Source: an uncultured Acidobacteriota bacterium
GTDB lineage: Bacteria; Actinomycetota; Acidimicrobiia; Spongiisociales; ZC4RG35
Reading direction: 5' to 3'
Assembly: GCA_963828465.1 (NCBI GenBank)
Contig: CAWHEU010000020.1
Location: 160,001-224,000, forward strand
DNA: 64,000 nt
Made by a program: the position numbers and the translations under genes. This document shows, piece by piece, positions 38,315 through 47,538 of this stretch. How positions within the stretch are numbered: the first letter of the stretch is position 1; each line of letters opens with the position of its first letter. Under the pieces are notes generated by a model. That model was not told where the DNA came from. It saw only the letters and a list, made by a program, of their open reading frames with translations, and made no database searches.

Positions 38315-41300
38315 TCAGAGGGTGCTGGTCGAAACCGCCTCAGCCGGTCGTCCGGGCTCGATCGGGTCGATGCTGTGGTCCTCGCGGCTGAACCGTCGCT
38401 TGAGCCCGTCGAACAGGGAGTAGACGGCGGGGATCACGAACAGGGTCAACAGTGTCGAGCTGAACAGCCCGCCGATCACCACGGTTGCCAGACTCGCTGA
38501 AAGGAGAGCGCCGTCGCTCAGGCCCAATGCCAGCGGGGTCAGCGCCAGGATGGTGACGATCGCTGTCATGAGTATGGGCCGCAGCCGGGTCTCCGCGCCC
38601 AGCTTGAGGGCCTCCATCGTGTTGAGCCCGTCCTCTCGCTTCAATCGCTCGACGAACTCGAGCATGACGATGGCGTTGGTGACCACGATCCCGATCAGCA
38701 TCAACAGTCCCAGCATCGAGGGCAGACCCAGCTCCCGACCGGTGACAGCCAGGGCCGGGAAGGCGCCGATTGCGGCCAGGGGGAGTGTCAGCAGGATGAC
38801 GAACGGAGTGAGGAGGCTGCCGAACGTGATCACCATCGACAGATAGACCAGTGCCACGGCGATCGCCATGGCCGTCAAGATGCCGGCGAAGCTCTCCTGC
38901 TGCTGCTCGGCTGCCCCGCCAAGACTGGCCTCGACGCCCGCCGGAAGCTCGAGCCCGTCGAGCATGGTCTGGACTTCCATGTTCACGGCGCCAAAGTTCG
39001 GGTCGGTGATAGCGGCAGACACTTCGGCCGATCGGTTGCCGTCGAAATGGGTGACTGCGATTGGGCTGGAGCCCTGCGAGACCACAGCCACATCACCCAG
39101 GGCAACGCCGGGGCCCAGGGGAAGGGCGGCCAGCGCTTCGGGAGTAGCGATTGCTGCCGGGTCGGTTCCCACGATCACGCTGAGCGTGGCGTCGTCGATG
39201 ACGATGTCCGTAGCGGGAATGGGAGTGAGGTAAGCCCTCACCGCACCGGCCAGCGTCGCCGCGTTGAGCCCGGCGCTCGTTGCGGCCGCGTTGTCGACCT
39301 CGATGACGATCTCGGGTCTCTCCCCGAGCAGATTGGACTCGATCCCCTCGATTCCGTCGATATCGGCAAGAGCCTCCTGGACGGCGGCCGAGCCTGCTTC
39401 CACATCCTCGAAGTCGGATCCGGTGACGTTGATGTTCAGGTTCGAGCCTCCGAAATCGGACATGTCGCCGACTTCTGCCACGGTGCCCGACAGACCGGAG
39501 GCCGGGATGAGCGTCTCGATCTCGGTGGTCAGCGTGTCGATGTCGGCTTCTTCGCCGAGGTCGATGACGATCGAAGCACTGTTTGCCCCGCCACCTCCGC
39601 CGCCGATGAGGGCGGCCAAGGGATTGTCTGTGGAGGTTCCAACGACGGTGGCTACTCGCTCGACACCTTCGAGTTCTAGGATCTCGGCCTCGACCACGGC
39701 TACCTGCTCCGACATGGAATCCAGGCTGGTACCTGGCGCTCCTGTGAGGCTCACCGAAAGCGAAGTGGCCTCCTCCGAGGGGAACAATGTCACCGGCACG
39801 GTGGCCAGGGTGGCCATCGAGGCGATCAACAACACGAAGGCGACGATCACGACTGTCCACCTGTGATCGAGGGCCCAGGCAAGGGGCTTGCGGTATACCC
39901 GGCGGAGAGCGGTGTCGTCAGCGCCCAGCTCCTCCTCGGCCTCACCTTCCTTGCGGTGCGACCGCTTGAGGAGGGTTATGGCGAGAACCGGGACCACTGT
40001 CACGGCGACGATCAGACTGGCCAGCAAGGCGAAGGTCACGGTGAGGGCGAATCCCACGAACACCTGGCCGACCAGACCGCCAATGAAGGCGAGCGGGAGG
40101 AAAACGGCAACGGTGGTGATCGTGCTGGCGGTGATGGCTGGGACCATCTGGGTCGTGCCCTTAAGCACCGCCTCACTTCTCTCATAGCCCTCATCGAGGA
40201 GCCGATGGATGTTCTCGAGCACCACGATGGCGTCGTCGATCACCCGCCCGATCGCCACCGACAGGGCGCCCAGCGTGAGGATATTGAGGGTGATCCCCTC
40301 CAGGTTCATAAGGATGAAGGCGACGAGCAGGGAGAGGGGGATCGAGATGCCGGAGACGAGAGTGCCCCGGAAACTGCGGAGGAAGACCAGGATCATGAGG
40401 ACGGCAAGGATCCCGCCGATAACCGCGTCACGGGTCATCTCACTGACCGAGTTCTGGATCTCAGGCGCCTGGTTGATCACTGGAGTGACTGTGATCCCAG
40501 CGGGCACGGTCACCGTCTCGATGGCCTCGGACACGGCGTCCACCGTGTCAACTGTGTTCTCGCCCTGAGCCTTGATGATCTCGACCGACATCGCCGGCTG
40601 GCCGTCGAGGCGGCTCACGGTAGAGCCGCTCCCGTTCTCGACCAGGCTCACGTCGGCGATCTGGGAAAGGGCTACCGGAGGCGTGCCGGGCACCATTCCC
40701 GGCACCAGCAGGTTCTCGATGCCTTCGACTCCGTCGAGCTCGGCGACGACGCGAGCCGGGAGCTGGAAGCCACTCGCGCTGACGCTTCCCACCGGAACAG
40801 ACACCTGGGCTGAGCCGAGAGCGGTCATGACACCTGCAGTGGTGACACCGGCCTGCGACATCGCTTCCGGATCGAGAGTCACCGCAACTGCCTCGTTGCT
40901 CCCACCCGCGACGCGGATCTCGGCAACTTCGCTGACGCGTTCGATTGCCGGAGCCAAAGCGGTGGTAACGAAGTCCTCGAGCGCAGCCGGATCATCTCCC
41001 GACACGGCGACCGAATACACCGGGAAGGCATCGAGGGAGATGCGCTGAACTTGGGTTTCCGCTCCGACAGGAAGATTCAGGCCGGCGACAGCCTCACGGA
41101 TCTCGGTATGGACCTCGTCCATGTCGGTCCCGAACTCATAGGAGGCCGACACGATGGCCACACCCTCGAGATTGGTCGATTGGACATGCTCCAGATTGCT
41201 GGTGGAGAGGAAAGCGCCCTCGATGGGGACTGCAAGGTCCTCGGCAACCTCGTTCGGGCCCGCCCCGGGCATAGTGGCGGTCACGACCAGGTTGGGGATC

Positions 41301-41425
41301 TCCAGCGACGGGAACAGCTCCCGGTTGAGTTGGCCGACCGAGTAGACACCGGCGGCGATCAGCATCGCCACCACCAGCAGGGTGACGGTGCGATAACGCA
41401 GGGAGATTCGGGCGAGGCGGGTCAA
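38315..41425 (-). CDS. AcrB/SwrC-like RND efflux permease
   Basis: GRVIDDAIVVLENI, GIVVTNAI, RLRPILMT; 1036 aa. Confidence 0.94.
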   Translation of the reverse strand: MTRLARISLRYRTVTLLVVAMLIAAGVYSVGQLNRELFPSLEIPNLVVTATMPGAGPNEVAEDLAVPIEGAFLSTSNLEHVQSTNLEGVAIVSASYEFGTDMDEVHTEIREAVAGLNLPVGAETQVQRISLDAFPVYSVAVSGDDPAALEDFVTTALAPAIERVSEVAEIRVAGGSNEAVAVTLDPEAMSQAGVTTAGVMTALGSAQVSVPVGSVSASGFQLPARVVAELDGVEGIENLLVPGMVPGTPPVALSQIADVSLVENGSGSTVSRLDGQPAMSVEIIKAQGENTVDTVDAVSEAIETVTVPAGITVTPVINQAPEIQNSVSEMTRDAVIGGILAVLMILVFLRSFRGTLVSGISIPLSLLVAFILMNLEGITLNILTLGALSVAIGRVIDDAIVVLENIHRLLDEGYERSEAVLKGTTQMVPAITASTITTVAVFLPLAFIGGLVGQVFVGFALTVTFALLASLIVAVTVVPVLAITLLKRSHRKEGEAEEELGADDTALRRVYRKPLAWALDHRWTVVIVAFVLLIASMATLATVPVTLFPSEEATSLSVSLTGAPGTSLDSMSEQVAVVEAEILELEGVERVATVVGTSTDNPLAALIGGGGGGANSASIVIDLGEEADIDTLTTEIETLIPASGLSGTVAEVGDMSDFGGSNLNINVTGSDFEDVEAGSAAVQEALADIDGIEGIESNLLGERPEIVIEVDNAAATSAGLNAATLAGAVRAYLTPIPATDIVIDDATLSVIVGTDPAAIATPEALAALPLGPGVALGDVAVVSQGSSPIAVTHFDGNRSAEVSAAITDPNFGAVNMEVQTMLDGLELPAGVEASLGGAAEQQQESFAGILTAMAIAVALVYLSMVITFGSLLTPFVILLTLPLAAIGAFPALAVTGRELGLPSMLGLLMLIGIVVTNAIVMLEFVERLKREDGLNTMEALKLGAETRLRPILMTAIVTILALTPLALGLSDGALLSASLATVVIGGLFSSTLLTLFVIPAVYSLFDGLKRRFSREDHSIDPIEPGRPAEAVSTSTL

Positions 41426-41472
41426 GGTTTCCTCCGATGGGGATGAGTGGAAGGCTCTAATTTAGACTGGAA

Positions 41473-41503
41473 CTGTCATTTGTCAATCCCTGACAATTGA
41501 CAG
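41473..41503. promoter_or_regulatory. Probable TetR operator overlapping divergent promoters
   Basis: CTGTCAttTGTCAatcccTGACAatTGACAG palindrome; TTGACA-16-TATCTT (+) and TTGACA-16-TAAATT (-). Confidence 0.8.
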
Positions 41504-41531
41504 CGGGTGCCAAACGACTATCTTGAGGTCT

Positions 41532-42152
41532 GTGACCACCCAAACTGCCCCTGAGATCGGTCTCCGGGAACGCAAGAAGCGGCAGACCCGGGACCGTCTC
41601 GTCGAGGCGGCTTTCGCCCTGTTCGCCGAGCGCGGCTTCGACCATGTATCGGCCGCCGAGATCGCAGCTCGAGTGGATGTTTCCGAGCGCACGTTCTTCC
41701 GATATTTCCCTACCAAGGAAGATGTGATCTTCCCCGACACCGAGGAGCTGCGCGGGCGTGTCGACGAGCTCGTGGCCAACCTGCCTACCGAGCTGTCCGT
41801 CATCGAGGGCTTGCGCCGGGCCTTGCAAACCATCTCCCACGAGTTCGAGGATTCGAAGGATCTCCAACTCGCCCGGGCCCGACTGGTCGAATCCACGCCT
41901 TCGCTGCAGACGCTCGTCCTCCAACACGAGCAGGAGTGGGTGGAGTCGTTCGCCAACGCCGTGGCCGACCGTCTCGGGTTGGACCCGGATGAGGATCTTC
42001 GACCGGAGCTCACCGCGGCTGTGGTCGTGGCTGCCTTCCGGGCTGTGATGAACCGTTGGATCAGGTTAGGGGGAAACGCCGACGTCGATCAGATGCTCGA
42101 CCAGGCACTCGTCTTTCTCGGATCCGGCCTCGGCTCCTCCGATTTCGATTGA
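41532..42152 (+). CDS. TetR family regulator
   Basis: GLRERKKRQTR, VSERTFFRYFPTKEDV. Confidence 0.94.
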   Translation: MTTQTAPEIGLRERKKRQTRDRLVEAAFALFAERGFDHVSAAEIAARVDVSERTFFRYFPTKEDVIFPDTEELRGRVDELVANLPTELSVIEGLRRALQTISHEFEDSKDLQLARARLVESTPSLQTLVLQHEQEWVESFANAVADRLGLDPDEDLRPELTAAVVVAAFRAVMNRWIRLGGNADVDQMLDQALVFLGSGLGSSDFD

Positions 42153-42156
42153 GGGC

Positions 42157-43122
42157 TCAGTGCCCTCCGCTGCCCGCTCCGGTCGGGGGGCCGTCGGGGT
42201 TGGGCACGTGGTCGCCCCGCCATATGTCCGGTTCCAGGTAGATCCGGCCTGCCAGAGGAACGGCGAGACGAATCGAGGTCTCCGCCGCGTCGATGGCCCC
42301 GGCGATCTCGGAGGCGGTGAGCGAGGGAGTGAACTCCAGCTTGCCTGCGACCAAGAGCTCCTCGGGCCCGATGTGCTGGGTCTTTAGATCGATGATCCTG
42401 ACCACGTCCGGTGTCCCCTCGATCGCACCACGTATCGCGTCGATATCGCTGGCCATTGCGGCTTCCCCGATGAGGAGCGACTTCATCTCGACGGTGAGAA
42501 AACCGGCGATGACCAGCAACAGAGTGCCGATGCACAGCGTCCCGACCGCGTCCCAGACCTCGTTCCCGGTTATGGCGGCCAAACCCACACCGATCATCGC
42601 CAAGAAGAGCCCGATCAGGGCTCCTGCGTCTTCGAGGAGGACGACGGGCAGCTCCGGGGAGCGGGAAGTGTGGATGTACTCCCACCAGCCGCGTTCGCCT
42701 TTTACCTTCCTCGACTCGTCGATGGCGGTGTGGAAGCTCCACGACTCCAGCCCTATTGCCACGACCAGCACACCGATCGCCCAGCCGATCGAGGTCAACT
42801 CATGGGGATGGAGGAGCTTGCTCACGCCCTCGTAGATAGAAAAGAGCCCACCGAGGGTGAACAGGACCATCGCCACGACGAAGGACCAGAAGTAACGCTC
42901 CCTCCCATAGCCGAATTGGTACTGGTCGTCGGCGACCTTGCGCGCCCGCTTGCCACCGAGCAGCAAGAGCCCTTGGTTGGATGTGTCGGCGACCGAGTGG
43001 ATCGACTCGGCGAGCATCGAGGCGGATCCGGTGACCACATATGCGACGAACTTGGCCACCGCGATCCCGGCGTTGGCCAGCATCGCGGCGATGATTGCCC
43101 TTGTTCCGCCGCTGGTCGCCAT
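42157..43122 (-). CDS. Cation diffusion facilitator
   Basis: SMLAESIHSVADTSNQ, FGYGRERYFW, EDAGAL. Confidence 0.92.
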   Translation of the reverse strand: MATSGGTRAIIAAMLANAGIAVAKFVAYVVTGSASMLAESIHSVADTSNQGLLLLGGKRARKVADDQYQFGYGRERYFWSFVVAMVLFTLGGLFSIYEGVSKLLHPHELTSIGWAIGVLVVAIGLESWSFHTAIDESRKVKGERGWWEYIHTSRSPELPVVLLEDAGALIGLFLAMIGVGLAAITGNEVWDAVGTLCIGTLLLVIAGFLTVEMKSLLIGEAAMASDIDAIRGAIEGTPDVVRIIDLKTQHIGPEELLVAGKLEFTPSLTASEIAGAIDAAETSIRLAVPLAGRIYLEPDIWRGDHVPNPDGPPTGAGSGGH

Positions 43123-43132
43123 GAATCGGATG

Positions 43133-43351
43133 CTAGGTGAGCAAGGAGACCGCTCCCCAGGTCGTCATCAGGACTCCGACGAGCACAAGAAACGCGACAC
43201 GACCGGCGCGGTATTCGGGGTTCTCCACTCCCGCCGGGGCCTTTCCCTGGCGATGCCGCCACCAGGCGAGCCCGTTGCCGACGAGGAGGGCCAGGCCGAG
43301 ACCGAGGATCAGCTCAGGGAGCAGGTTCTCGAAGTCGAAGATGTCGCCCAC
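43133..43351 (-). CDS. Small two-TM protein
   Basis: 72 aa with two TM helices; TAGCGT -10 before GTG. Confidence 0.65.
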   Translation of the reverse strand: MGDIFDFENLLPELILGLGLALLVGNGLAWWRHRQGKAPAGVENPEYRAGRVAFLVLVGVLMTTWGAVSLLT

Positions 43352-43385
43352 TCCCGGTCACGCTAACCCTGAATAGTCTGCGTGG

Positions 43386-44246
43386 GTGAGTCAGGACCTT
43401 CACTCTGCGTCTGCCTCGGCACCGGCGACCTCGGCCAATTTGGGCCCAGGCTTCGATTGCCTGGCATTGGCAATCGAGATCCGCTGCGCGGTGAAGGCCA
43501 GTCGTGCCGATGCCTGGAGCGTCGACCACATCGGGAGGTATCAGCCCGGACCCGAAGAGGGTGACAGGGTCATCAGTGCTGCCCGCGGTGTCGTGGGCGA
43601 CGAGTTCCCGCTCGCACTCCAGGTCGATGCCGAGATCCCGATCGGGAAGGGCCTTGGCTCATCTGCGGCAGCCTCCGTCGCCGGCATCGCCGCAGCTCTT
43701 CGCCTGACCGGGGAGAAGCCAAGTCACGATCGTGTCTACCGGCTTGCTGTGGAACTGGAGGGTCATTCAGACAACGTTGCCGCTGCCGTATACGGCGGCC
43801 TGGCGCTGGTGCCGGCGGAGGGCATGCCGCTCCGACTCCCGATCCACCCCGGGCTCCAGGTGGTGCTCGCGGTGCCCGACCGTCATCTCCCCACGGAGCA
43901 GGCGCGGCGGGTCATCGAACACTCTCATCCCCAGGACCGGGTCCTGCGCAGCCTGTCACGAGTCTCTGCCCTCACTGCCGGGCTCATCACCGGCGACCCG
44001 GACCTTCTCGGGGCGGCTCATGGGGACGAGATCCATGAGCAACCCCGAGATGAGATCTCACCCGAGGTGGCAGGTTTGATCGAGGTCGGGAAGCGTGCCG
44101 GCGCCCTTCATGCCGCGCGGTCCGGGGCCGGGCCGTCTGTCATCGCCTTCTGTACGAGCGACTCGAGGGAAAAGGTCGCCGCCGCCTTCACCGAGGCTGG
44201 CGTGGATGCACTCACACCGCAGCTGGCCACTACCGGTCTGGTCTAG
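43386..44246 (+). CDS. thrB: Homoserine kinase
   Basis: PATSANLGPGFD, GKGLGSSAA, EGHSDN, SGAGPS. Confidence 0.93.
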   Translation: MSQDLHSASASAPATSANLGPGFDCLALAIEIRCAVKASRADAWSVDHIGRYQPGPEEGDRVISAARGVVGDEFPLALQVDAEIPIGKGLGSSAAASVAGIAAALRLTGEKPSHDRVYRLAVELEGHSDNVAAAVYGGLALVPAEGMPLRLPIHPGLQVVLAVPDRHLPTEQARRVIEHSHPQDRVLRSLSRVSALTAGLITGDPDLLGAAHGDEIHEQPRDEISPEVAGLIEVGKRAGALHAARSGAGPSVIAFCTSDSREKVAAAFTEAGVDALTPQLATTGLV

Positions 44247-44286
44247 TCGGCGAAGAACGCCGCTAGGAGTGAGGCGGAAAGCAGAC

Positions 44287-44360
44287 GAACCAGGTGCGGG
44301 GTGGTGGCACCACACCTGGTTCTCAGGGAGGATCCCGGTCGGGGGGAGCCGAGCGGGTCC
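44287..44360 (-). ncRNA. Candidate 6C-like sRNA (two hairpins with C-rich loops)
   Basis: GGACCCGCUCGG-CUCCCC-CCGACCGGGAUCC, then GAACCAGGUGUGG-UGCCACCACC-CCGCACCUGGUUC. Confidence 0.5.
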
Positions 44361-44468
44361 GGCACTTGGCCTTGCTGCTGATCGATGTTTTCGTCAGGGG
44401 AACGATCGACCTGCATGGGTCCGCGGACCTATGAACGGTGACAGAATCCGCCCTATGCCGGACACTGG

Positions 44469-45026
44469 GTGGTAGTGAGCTCCGAAGGCGAGCGGCGAGA
44501 CCGCTTCGAATCGCTCGTCGCCGATGTGTACGACCCGTTGCAGCGCTATATACGTCGTCGCGTCACGGCCGACGAAGCGGGCGATGTCCTCTCCGATGTC
44601 TTGCTCACCGTGTGGCGTCGTCTCGAGGATGTGCCCGAGGGCGCCGTCCTGCCGTGGTCCTACGGCGTTGCAAGGCGAACAGTCTCTAATCACCGCCGCG
44701 CCGCCTCGCGGCACCTGAAATTGGTTGAGCGACTCGAGGCGGAGCGATCCCCGGCCGTGGACGACGACCCGGCGCGGCAACTGGAAGATCCTGAGCTGGC
44801 CGAGGCGATGGCAGGCTTGCCTGCCGCCGACCAGGAGATCCTCCGTCTCTGGGCTTGGGAGCAACTCGAGCCGCGGGAGATCGCCCTGACACTGGGCAGC
44901 ACGGCCAACGCGGTGAGTCTTCGGCTCAGCCGTGCTCGGAAGAAGTTGGCCGATGCGATGGCTCGACAGGATCCCTCCGCTCCCGGACACATAGGGGATG
45001 AAACCGCCGAGGAGAATCGACGATGA
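44469..45026 (+). CDS. ECF sigma factor
   Basis: PWSYGVARR, LWAWEQLEPREIA, RLSRARKKL. Confidence 0.9.
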   Translation: MVVSSEGERRDRFESLVADVYDPLQRYIRRRVTADEAGDVLSDVLLTVWRRLEDVPEGAVLPWSYGVARRTVSNHRRAASRHLKLVERLEAERSPAVDDDPARQLEDPELAEAMAGLPAADQEILRLWAWEQLEPREIALTLGSTANAVSLRLSRARKKLADAMARQDPSAPGHIGDETAEENRR

Positions 45027-45616
45027 CAGACCAGCTACGTGAACGGCTAGCCCGTCTCGATCCGATGCACCAAGGCGTGGGCACAGAACCACCGTCCAAA
45101 GAGCTGTTGGAGGGCATCATGAGTACACCAGTCGTAGAACAACCTGAGACCGGGCCGGAACAAAAGTCCAACCGCTGGCTCGTCGGCATCGCGGCCGCTG
45201 CCGCGCTCGTTCTGGCCGTTGGGGGCGTGATCGCGCTCACCGGTGGTGGGACGGACCCGGTGGCTTCCGAACCCCCGCTGGAGCTGACCGCGGGAGGCGA
45301 AGATCTCACGGCAATGTGCATTGTCTTCAGCGTCGAGGAGCTGGCCAAGGCGCCACTCGCCTTCGAGGGAACCGCTACCGCGGTCGACGGAGACACCATC
45401 ACTCTCGATGTCGACCACTGGTTCAAGGGTGGCGACGCCGGCCAGGTCGTGCTCAACGCACCACCCGGCATGGTGGCACTCATCGGCGGGATCCCGTTCG
45501 AGACCGGCGGTCAGTACCTGATCACCGCCTACGACGGGAACGTCAACTACTGCGGGTTCAGCGGTCCCTCGAACCCTGAGCTGAGATCCGCCTACGAGCA
45601 AGCCTTCGGAGCCTGA
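45023..45616 (+). CDS. Putative anti-sigma / membrane-anchored partner
   Basis: Overlaps the sigma stop; one TM helix; extracellular domain with two Cys. Confidence 0.75.
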   Translation: MTDQLRERLARLDPMHQGVGTEPPSKELLEGIMSTPVVEQPETGPEQKSNRWLVGIAAAAALVLAVGGVIALTGGGTDPVASEPPLELTAGGEDLTAMCIVFSVEELAKAPLAFEGTATAVDGDTITLDVDHWFKGGDAGQVVLNAPPGMVALIGGIPFETGGQYLITAYDGNVNYCGFSGPSNPELRSAYEQAFGA

Positions 45617-45632
45617 ACCCCTGCTCGACTGT

Positions 45633-45666
45633 GAAGGGGAGAGGCCGGTGAGGGCCTCTCCCCTTC
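45633..45666. terminator. Bidirectional hairpin between converging genes
   Basis: GAAGGGGAGAGGCC-ggtgag-GGCCTCTCCCCTTC. Confidence 0.75.
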
Positions 45667-45689
45667 CGCGATTCCATCGCCTCGTCGTT

Positions 45690-46970
45690 TCAGTTGTTGG
45701 CCTGGTACCAGGCGGCCCAATCGTCGAGGTTGTCCATCATCAGGTTGGCGCAGTCGGGTGAGAATGAGTAGGCACATCCGGCCGCCGCATATTCGGTGCT
45801 CAGCTCACCACCCTCGGCAAACGCCTGGAAGCTCTCATTGAGCTCGGCGTCCTCCGGGTATCGGTCTTCGTGCCAGCCACGGGCACCTATCGTTGAGATG
45901 ACTCCGAACGTCCTGTTGATTACCGCGGCCGGCTTGCCCACTGCCTCGTTGAGTGCGTTCGAGTAGTGGACGTCGCATCGGACGAGCGCTTCATCCGCGG
46001 TTTCACAGTTCTCCAGCGACACCTGGGCCCCCAGGATCGATTCGTACTGGACTTTGAGGGTCAATGGGTCGGTCGGGTCCGAGCAAGCACCAAATTCGGC
46101 GCTCAAGACCGCCGCTGCCACACAGTCCCCGCCGTACCAACTCGAGATCACGTCCTGGACGGCAGCCAGATCATCTCGCGATTGGTACCAATCCGCCCAC
46201 GCCTCGACGTTCTCCAGTTGGATCGCGGCACACGATGTGGGGAACGGACCCGCGCCGATGCACTCGTCGTAGCCGTCGTACGACCCCTCCAAGGCGAGGA
46301 ACGACCCCATCGATAGGAGCGCCCCGTGGTGGACGGGGAACGCGAACTCAACGATTTGCCCGTCGCTGACCCTCACTTCAAATGTCTCGCCGGGATCGAC
46401 GAACCCGATGGCGTCGGTCAATGAGTTTCCGTAACGGTAGATGCAGTCGATTGCATCGCCACTGGTCCCCGGCTCGGTGCAATCGAGGTCCACCTGCCCT
46501 CCGATGGCTTCCTGATATGCGGCCTCCGTGGCTATCTCCTCGTCGTTGGGCCATGCCAGGTCGAACAGCCCCGCTGCCGTCGTGGCGTCTCCGGAGTACA
46601 GGGCGGCGGCACCAGCCTCGATGATCTCGCCATCAGACATGGCCTCGGGCTCGAGGACCGTGGTCGGGGTGGGGACGGTGGTTTGATCGACCACCTGGCC
46701 ATCATCTCCACTGAAGGCGAAATACAACCCACCTATGGCGAGGACGACGGCAAACGCCGCCAAAGCCCAGGCGAGACCTCGCCCCGGACCGGGACTCTTC
46801 GTCGTCACCGGTTGATCTGTCTTGGTCATGAAAACTCCCTCTCGTCGTTTCGTAGCAACGACCAGGGGATCGCCGGCCAGTTCGGCCTCGATACGCTCGA
46901 TCAACTCCTCCGCGCCGACAGGGGTTCCTCTCTCACTGAGCTGGTGCAGCTTGTTCGTGAAGTCAGCCAC
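45690..46970 (-). CDS. ECF-associated membrane-anchored protein with a duplicated Cys-rich domain
   Basis: One TM helix; two similar units ending CAAIQLENVEAWADWYQ and CANLMMDNLDDWAAWYQ. Confidence 0.8.
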   Translation of the reverse strand: MADFTNKLHQLSERGTPVGAEELIERIEAELAGDPLVVATKRREGVFMTKTDQPVTTKSPGPGRGLAWALAAFAVVLAIGGLYFAFSGDDGQVVDQTTVPTPTTVLEPEAMSDGEIIEAGAAALYSGDATTAAGLFDLAWPNDEEIATEAAYQEAIGGQVDLDCTEPGTSGDAIDCIYRYGNSLTDAIGFVDPGETFEVRVSDGQIVEFAFPVHHGALLSMGSFLALEGSYDGYDECIGAGPFPTSCAAIQLENVEAWADWYQSRDDLAAVQDVISSWYGGDCVAAAVLSAEFGACSDPTDPLTLKVQYESILGAQVSLENCETADEALVRCDVHYSNALNEAVGKPAAVINRTFGVISTIGARGWHEDRYPEDAELNESFQAFAEGGELSTEYAAAGCAYSFSPDCANLMMDNLDDWAAWYQANN

Positions 46971-47472
46971 TGGCCACCTCCAATGCGAGCCGCGCCTGCT
47001 TCCTGGCTCTACTCGCCATCGCTCTCGCCGCCATCGTGGTCATCCCCAACTGATCCGCCGCCTCCGCGTAGGGCACACCCTCCACCTCGACGAGATAGAG
47101 GATGGCCCTGTGCTTTGGAGGAAGATCGAGAATCGCCTCGATATCGGCCGGATAGCTGGGCGACCAGCTCTCCTCGACGGTTAGCCGAGCTACGGCCTTC
47201 CGCCGACGACCGAGGCTGCGCCGTTGGTTAGAGGCCAGGTTCACGATCGTCGTCCGGAGGTAAGCCAGCGGATTGTCGAGGTCGGATATGGACCCTCTCC
47301 TCAACACCTTCACTAGCGCCTCCTGAACCAGATCGTCCGGCTCGACATCAACGGAGCCCGCCACCGCGGCGATCCTCCGCAAGGCCGGGTAGAGAGCCGT
47401 AATCAGCTCCCTCTCCCCATCCCCTACCGAAGATCGCTTTGGCAATCGAAGTTTCTCCCTGTCGTCACGCAT
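46963..47472 (-). CDS. ECF sigma factor
   Basis: DDLVQEAL, AYLRTTIVN, EGVPYAEAA, ASRARK. Confidence 0.88.
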   Translation of the reverse strand: MRDDREKLRLPKRSSVGDGERELITALYPALRRIAAVAGSVDVEPDDLVQEALVKVLRRGSISDLDNPLAYLRTTIVNLASNQRRSLGRRRKAVARLTVEESWSPSYPADIEAILDLPPKHRAILYLVEVEGVPYAEAADQLGMTTMAARAMASRARKQARLALEVASG

Positions 47473-47538
47473 AAAGACACCGCTTCACCACGTTGTGTGA
47501 CACACATTCGTGCCGGTTCCGTCACTATGCACCGAGGT

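Noticed and set aside
33224-47472. Genomic island next to tRNA-Gly
   Set aside because: The region lies on the tRNA 5' side; no integrase, distal att copy or obvious compositional shift; contains thrB
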